DNA from: a virus
Length of the DNA stretch: 64,000 nt
Virus record (IMG/VR): IMGVR_UViG_3300027852_000041
Strand: one strand, 5' to 3'
The position numbers and the translations under genes are program-made. The notes under the pieces are model-generated. The model saw nothing but the letters and a program-made list of their open reading frames with translations, was not told where the DNA came from and ran no database searches. Positions 58,707-64,000 of this stretch are shown in pieces. How positions within the stretch are numbered: position 1 is the first letter of the stretch; every line of letters starts with the position of its first letter.

Positions 58707-60800
58707 TTACTGTAAAATACAGGGAAGAAATAAAAAAGTCAGTGGCGGCTCAATTTTCCCTGTACAAGTTATTTCCAGGTCAAAAGTTTTACATTTTAAT
58801 GTGGCAGGAAAACTAAATTCCTGCCTTGTTATTGAAGAAGTTTCGGCGGTTCCTGTATAGCTTGCGGTATCCGAGCCATCTAGGTAAATACTAAAAGATA
58901 AAGTCCCGTTTATGTTTATCCACATTTTACGCAAATAAGAATACAAATTGGCATATTCAAATTTTATTTGATTTTTCCTCCAGGTAAATTGTTCCTCGGC
59001 TCCGCTTCCAATTGTATATATTCCCGTGATATCACCTGAATAAAGAACCAGATTTTCTTTGTCATAAAAAAAACAATTAGGGTTGTAGTCATGTCTGACA
59101 AAAGATATTTTTTCTGGGAAAGAAAGCAAGTCAGCGACTATTACCTTGCTGTTATTCGATACAAAATATTTATTATCTGAAACTTCGGCGTGGGCGTCAG
59201 TGTCGGCTGACGTAAAATAATCACCTATTTTCCCTGAAAGCAAAGCCGGGACATCGTTACCGGTTGTTATATAAACTCCATCATGCCCTCTTAGAACAAG
59301 ATATCCTCTAAAAAAACGTACAGATTCAGGGCTGTAGCATGTCCCGTCCCAAGCCATATCATTTTTATCAAAATTATCAACGGTATCCCCAATAATTTTG
59401 TAATTTCCTTTTTTGGTGAAAACAACTAAATTTTCATTAATATTTTTGATCCCGGTAATATCGTCTGAAAAACCTATTGTATAATCAAGAGGCCATGCTT
59501 CTTTATAAATTCCCGGCCTTGAAATATATAAAGTTTTCGGGTTATCCGTATCCCCTGCCATCCAAAAACGTCCATCGCATTCTTCAAGCCATTTCCCGAC
59601 ATTCGCTTGCGGGGAAGTGTGGTCTGATGTTGAGCAAACAGTGGTTAAATCAGTGTCTTTAGTTTTGTCAGTGTACGTAGTGGTGGTGTTATCTTCTATA
59701 GTATCCACCAGCATTATGCTTGAAAGAGTTCCGCCTGTTCTCCATATTTTCCTTCCTTCTACTTGTGAATCAGAGCTTAGAGGAATACCTGTAATAGATA
59801 TCTGGGAATCTGATACCCATGTTGTCGCAGCGGCATCAGAGGCGGCTGAAAGAGCAGAATCTTGTCCATACTCGCTATAATAAGAAACGTAATAAACATA
59901 TCTTCCGGAGAGCGGCCCACCCCCTGCTACTATGCCGTCAATTCTGGCAACTGCCGGGTATGATGTCCCTGAAGGGAGTTTAAGCCCAACACAGATTATG
60001 GCCGTATCACTCGCCGGGTTTGCCAGGTCAACAACGACATACGTCCATGTATTGGCCCGAATCGTGGGGAGGCTTATTGTTTCCAATGGAGAAGCGCAGG
60101 CGGTAGTGTCATCCAGTAAAAGTTGAATTTCCCCAGCGGCAGCTCCGGTATTTACTTTTATCCAAAATCCAACGTCAGTGCTTGAAGAAAGATCGACAGC
60201 CGTAAAATCAGAACTATGAGCGACAACGGCAGTAGCCCCAAGCCCACCGGGAACAGTTATTTTGACTGAGCCTGCTCCTTCCCTGAAATCAGATTCATCG
60301 TAAGATGACGTTACCCCCAAACCTGCCGGTACTGCCGGGATTGTCCACGCAGCTGTACAATAATCAAGCCCATTCTTAGTTTTTTCAGCAACCGCAAGTC
60401 CTGTGTTAACCGGCGTTTCTATGCCAACCTGAGTTATATCCGTCCCATTATATTTATAGAAATACGTCCCATTAAGAAAATATAAAAAATCACCATACTC
60501 AATGGCCTGAAATTCTCCACCAAACCCGGATTTTAACGTAGAGGACACTCCTTCTCCCGAAACGGTGTAAAGGTTGCTGTTGTCAGTCGCAAGCAAATTG
60601 TCGCCATATTTAAGGATAGTCTGAATATTGGCTTTCGTTAAATATAGTTCATTCTCCAGTCTGCTTTCTATTGCTCCCGCTTCGTCAAGAAGGGCATCAT
60701 CAACAACAAAAGCTTCATCCGGCTTTATCAGCTTGGACGTTGTTTTTAAGTTTAAGCCACCTTGAAAAGATTCTATTTCGTGATATTTATGTCTTGGCAT
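58707..60800 (-). CDS. Large tail protein (nozzle/hub-like) with an inserted carbohydrate-binding-like segment
   Basis: 697 aa. Repeated Y/F/G-rich blade-like segments. The central region is SVKITVPGG...FWIKVNTGAAAGEIQLLLDD. Confidence 0.5.
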   Translation of the reverse strand: MPRHKYHEIESFQGGLNLKTTSKLIKPDEAFVVDDALLDEAGAIESRLENELYLTKANIQTILKYGDNLLATDNSNLYTVSGEGVSSTLKSGFGGEFQAIEYGDFLYFLNGTYFYKYNGTDITQVGIETPVNTGLAVAEKTKNGLDYCTAAWTIPAVPAGLGVTSSYDESDFREGAGSVKITVPGGLGATAVVAHSSDFTAVDLSSSTDVGFWIKVNTGAAAGEIQLLLDDTTACASPLETISLPTIRANTWTYVVVDLANPASDTAIICVGLKLPSGTSYPAVARIDGIVAGGGPLSGRYVYYVSYYSEYGQDSALSAASDAAATTWVSDSQISITGIPLSSDSQVEGRKIWRTGGTLSSIMLVDTIEDNTTTTYTDKTKDTDLTTVCSTSDHTSPQANVGKWLEECDGRFWMAGDTDNPKTLYISRPGIYKEAWPLDYTIGFSDDITGIKNINENLVVFTKKGNYKIIGDTVDNFDKNDMAWDGTCYSPESVRFFRGYLVLRGHDGVYITTGNDVPALLSGKIGDYFTSADTDAHAEVSDNKYFVSNNSKVIVADLLSFPEKISFVRHDYNPNCFFYDKENLVLYSGDITGIYTIGSGAEEQFTWRKNQIKFEYANLYSYLRKMWININGTLSFSIYLDGSDTASYTGTAETSSITRQEFSFPATLKCKTFDLEITCTGKIEPPLTFLFLPCILQ

Positions 60801-60823
60801 TATTCACCGTTTTCTTAAAATAT

Positions 60824-62269
60824 TTATACCGCCAAATTTGCCATAGCTTTCCAAGTACCAGGCGTTCCTGCTGTTACACACACCCAGCCGGGAGGTCCAC
60901 CTGCTGACGGTGTCCTGTTCCAACGAATATCCCCTCGTTTACGTGCTCCTGTTGTTGGAGCGGCAGTCCCATTTGTAACACTCGCAAAACTCTCATCCGT
61001 CCTTTGCAGCACGCCAGCAGCGTCATACCATTTAGTAGTGAAGCCGGTGCTATACCAATATCCCCCGTGAATTTGTGCTATTCTACCCATAGATTTGTAT
61101 GAATCGGTCCCACCTGATTCCGCATAAGTTCTATAATCAATAAAGGTATTCCCAGCTACGTTTGTTATATGGGAATCCCAGCCATACAGATAGGGTGTAT
61201 CAATAACAAACCCACGGGAACTGGCTGCACTGTTAAAATCTATCAAGTTGCTTCCTGCACCGTGTGAGGTATTGTAGCTGCCACCAAAGATATGAAGTCC
61301 ATGCACAGCCATCCCTGATGTAGCCAATTTAACATGATTCGTGATATCACCATAACTATACCCACCAAAAAAACTAAGCCCGGTTAAGTTAGATGAATTT
61401 ATCAAAACATTTGTTGGTTGTGCCTCAAAATAAGTTCCGTGAAAAGAAATATCTTTTATCTCGATCCCACTGGCATCCCCGATTTTTACCCCGTTTGTGA
61501 TATTATATTCGATATCACCACCGTGGAAGGAAATACCAGAGGTAGTTGACCCAGCCTCTATATAGCAACCAGTATCGCAATGTTGCAAGCTACAGCCAAC
61601 AAAAGTTATTCCATTTGCCGCTGAGCCTAAAAGCCAACCCACGCTATTCGCAGTATCAGAACCATGCGCCCTGCAATGATCAAAATAGTTAAGCCAGTTA
61701 TTCGCTGTGTTATTCCACAGGTTTGCAAAAGCCCCCCTAACACGCACATTCCTATAGTTTGTGGGATGTGAGGTAATGTATATGCCATTAGTATAAGTTC
61801 CATCGCACACTATATCAAGGTCCGAAACTTCGCCATTTCCTATATCACAGGCCAAAGCTGAGGTTGCAGAGCCTTGAAAATTTAAGGTTGCGAAAGAGCC
61901 GGATATTTTTCTGACAGTCGAGGGGGCAGATAAAGCATTTGTATTGTATGTTCCATAAGGGATAAGAATATTCTCTTTCCCGGAATCGAAAGCTGCCTGA
62001 ATACAGGTGGTGTTGTTTGCCGCTGTTTCAGAGGTTGACGCTCCGTAAGCTCTAATATCTGCCCACGGCCCCTTAGAATAAATATCCCCAGGACGTATTA
62101 TCCTTGTATATTCATTTGTCCAAGGTAAGGCATCCCCAGCAACTTTACTGATGGATTGGTTCCCGCCGGTTGATGTTGTTCTGCTGAATGTTTCTTGAGC
62201 AGTGTCATCCGCCTGAAAATCAAAATCTTCCTGTCCTATTTTCTCAACTGTTACTTGTTTTCTCGCCAT
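60824..62269 (-). CDS. Tailspike with a right-handed beta-helix (pectate-lyase-3-like) domain
   Basis: 481 aa. ADIRAYGASTSETAANNTTCIQAAFDSGKENILIPYGTYNTN fits the Pectate_lyase_3 N-terminal signature. Repetitive G/N/T turns. The N-terminal 40 aa is shared with 62471..63583. Confidence 0.65.
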   Translation of the reverse strand: MARKQVTVEKIGQEDFDFQADDTAQETFSRTTSTGGNQSISKVAGDALPWTNEYTRIIRPGDIYSKGPWADIRAYGASTSETAANNTTCIQAAFDSGKENILIPYGTYNTNALSAPSTVRKISGSFATLNFQGSATSALACDIGNGEVSDLDIVCDGTYTNGIYITSHPTNYRNVRVRGAFANLWNNTANNWLNYFDHCRAHGSDTANSVGWLLGSAANGITFVGCSLQHCDTGCYIEAGSTTSGISFHGGDIEYNITNGVKIGDASGIEIKDISFHGTYFEAQPTNVLINSSNLTGLSFFGGYSYGDITNHVKLATSGMAVHGLHIFGGSYNTSHGAGSNLIDFNSAASSRGFVIDTPYLYGWDSHITNVAGNTFIDYRTYAESGGTDSYKSMGRIAQIHGGYWYSTGFTTKWYDAAGVLQRTDESFASVTNGTAAPTTGARKRGDIRWNRTPSAGGPPGWVCVTAGTPGTWKAMANLAV

Positions 62270-62462
62270 TTTCGGCTTTCTTTTCTTTTTTTATAGATTG
62301 GCTGAATAAATTCAATTCTCCCTGTACCGCATGAATAATCCCTCCCACTAACCATTTTGTCGGTTGTTGGCTAGGCTTATCAATTAACAAAGAAATATCA
62401 TTCCCAAAGTTTGCAAGGAGAGTAACGATATTTTTGCTAAGTTTTTCAATTTGCTCTGTCAT
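62244..62462 (-). CDS. Small protein between the two receptor-binding genes
   Basis: 72 aa. RBS AAGGAAA. Confidence 0.45.
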   Translation of the reverse strand: MTEQIEKLSKNIVTLLANFGNDISLLIDKPSQQPTKWLVGGIIHAVQGELNLFSQSIKKEKKAENGEKTSNS

Positions 62463-62470
62463 AATTTTCC

Positions 62471-63583
62471 TTATGTGCTAACAAATCCATTCGTGTCAAT
62501 ATAGCCTTCCACCACTCCGTTTAAATAAAAATCAATTCTGTCATCCGCAGAATTATAAACTATTTTTGTTGAATTAGGGGAAGAATCACCATCTAAATCA
62601 ATGCTCATATCCGCCGCGACACGTAACCCCGGAACCCCTGCTGTAAAAGTAGCACCGGATATATCTATTCCACAAACTGAAAAATCACATTTGGGAGCAA
62701 AAACATACCCGCCGCTTGCAGCACTGTCAGCCGATTCTACATTCATTAAATTTTGCCATTTACCTCTCAAGAGAAGCCCATCTTTTGCCCTGAAATCATT
62801 ATAATTCGCAGCAGGCGAATCTTTCATCACGCACATTATTAATCCATAATGATTCCAGGTTCCGGCAGAATTGTGGACTAAAACTCTATGATGCCCGACA
62901 GAAGAACCCCCGCCACCTGTTGCCGTACTTTCAACATTTATCTGCCCTTCCGCAAAAGCATACATCATACCCGGAGTATTCCCGGAGACTGAAGCACCGT
63001 AAGTTATCACGTCCATGTCGGTGTGCTGGTCTGCCGTGCCATCGCCTCCATCGTAGTCCATGACAGTAAAAGTACGAATTGTCGCGTTATCGTAAGCCGG
63101 GCCTGAAGCGTGAAGGTCGTGCAAAAAACCGATCGCCCTGTTGTCTTGCCTATGAGCCATGTTTGAATGAATTTTAGCGTAATAAGCGGCAGTAAAGGTA
63201 GGGGTGCCAGCTTCATAACTATGGCTTACGGTAAGGTCAACAACATTCGCAGGTTCTACGTAAATTTCTGGATGTTGGTAAAGCCTGTAACCAGTGGAAG
63301 ACGGGTCCCCGGATTGTGTTTTTTCTATTTTGCTCCAGGTATTTGTTGCCTGTGAAATACTGTATTTGCTTGGTTTTATCTCGACATCACACCCACCGTC
63401 TACCAAGTCTTCTATTTGTTTCGCGATAGAACGAAACTGAATATGAGTGGCGTCTATTTGCTTTATTGTCTGAGAACCACCAGTAGAAGTGGTTCGGCTA
63501 AAAGTAGCCTCAACAACCCCGGAAGTTTTAAGGTTTAAATCTTCGTACCCTATCTTTTCAACTGTTACTTGTTTGTCTGCCAT
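62471..63583 (-). CDS. Second receptor-binding/tail-fibre protein
   Basis: 370 aa. The N-terminus MADKQVTVEKIGYEDL...ATFSRTTSTGGSQ parallels MARKQVTVEKIGQEDF...ETFSRTTSTGGNQ of the tailspike. Confidence 0.55.
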   Translation of the reverse strand: MADKQVTVEKIGYEDLNLKTSGVVEATFSRTTSTGGSQTIKQIDATHIQFRSIAKQIEDLVDGGCDVEIKPSKYSISQATNTWSKIEKTQSGDPSSTGYRLYQHPEIYVEPANVVDLTVSHSYEAGTPTFTAAYYAKIHSNMAHRQDNRAIGFLHDLHASGPAYDNATIRTFTVMDYDGGDGTADQHTDMDVITYGASVSGNTPGMMYAFAEGQINVESTATGGGGSSVGHHRVLVHNSAGTWNHYGLIMCVMKDSPAANYNDFRAKDGLLLRGKWQNLMNVESADSAASGGYVFAPKCDFSVCGIDISGATFTAGVPGLRVAADMSIDLDGDSSPNSTKIVYNSADDRIDFYLNGVVEGYIDTNGFVST

Positions 63584-63590
63584 GGTTTAA

Positions 63591-64000
63591 TTATCCCAGT
63601 CTACTTTGTCTGCCTCTTTTACGCTTTAAGCTTGGCTTTTTAAACTTGGTCGCTTTAGAATAAAATTCGCCAAGATACCCTTTTGCTTCAACTATCTTAC
63701 TGCTATCCATCTCTTTCATCATTAACTTATACATGCAAAATAATACTATGCAATCATGCAGAGAACTGTCCAGCGTAGAAATATCGGTGGAGATAGAAAG
63801 AGCTTCCGGGATTTGCACATAATCAACCTGGATTGTGGTATCTGTCTGAAAAGGTTTATCCATATAAAGCTTTTTATTCACATCGTAAAGAAAAAAATAA
63901 TCCGGGATTCCCCATGAATCGCTCTCCCATCCTTCGTTATTGTCATCCAAAAAGTCCCATGTTTCCCAATCAAGTACTCTTTCGCTACCTGATTCCTCAT
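63591..64000 (-). CDS. Late protein (adaptor/connector-like by position); N-terminus beyond the window edge
   Basis: The reading frame of track ORF 63591..63950 stays open upstream to position 64000 (...EESGSERVLDWETWDFLDDNNEGW...). Confidence 0.45.
   Translation of the reverse strand, partial: EESGSERVLDWETWDFLDDNNEGWESDSWGIPDYFFLYDVNKKLYMDKPFQTDTTIQVDYVQIPEALSISTDISTLDSSLHDCIVLFCMYKLMMKEMDSSKIVEAKGYLGEFYSKATKFKKPSLKRKRGRQSRLG

Overview
All calls below come from reading motifs by eye; no searches were run. The window reads as most of a tailed dsDNA phage genome. It is visibly AT-rich, has strong AGGAG-type RBSs, and long ORFs stay intact in the standard code. There are three transcription blocks.

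(i) 1-17.8 kb, minus strand. This block holds putative small and large terminase, portal, scaffold, an HK97-like capsid protein and decoration paralogs. A three-gene glycosyltransferase cassette follows, including a GT2/radical-SAM fusion. The block is interrupted by opposite-strand mini-genes, a tRNA-Gln and a roughly 4 kb accessory/regulatory island.

(ii) 17.86-44.3 kb, plus strand. This is a dense array of about 70 mostly small early genes that starts at a consensus sigma70-type promoter. Recognisable members are a YqaJ exonuclease, a putative annealing protein, an SMC-like ATPase and a dCTP deaminase. Also present are a replication organiser with internal iterons, a DnaC-like loader, a Mom-like GNAT-fold protein, a Fic protein and a HigA-like HTH.

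(iii) 44.35-64 kb, minus strand. This block holds a lysis cassette, fibre-like proteins, a 2294-aa polyvalent virion protein, tail proteins and two receptor-binding proteins that share an N-terminal anchor.

I saw no integrase, DNA polymerase, tail tube, sheath or tape-measure gene. The layout looks podovirus-like, with a T7-like order of internal proteins, and circularly permuted relative to the window.

The things most worth a second look are:
- the capsid-linked glycosylation cassette with the GT2/radical-SAM fusion;
- a family of covarying hairpin + ATATTAT elements placed in front of plus-strand genes;
- two GC-rich structured islands that follow a recurring 15-mer;
- a TACCACATATAGACA motif array in a 590-nt early leader;
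- a phased palindrome array beside a wHTH protein;
- candidate DNA-modification genes;
- the Fic protein;
- the giant protein.
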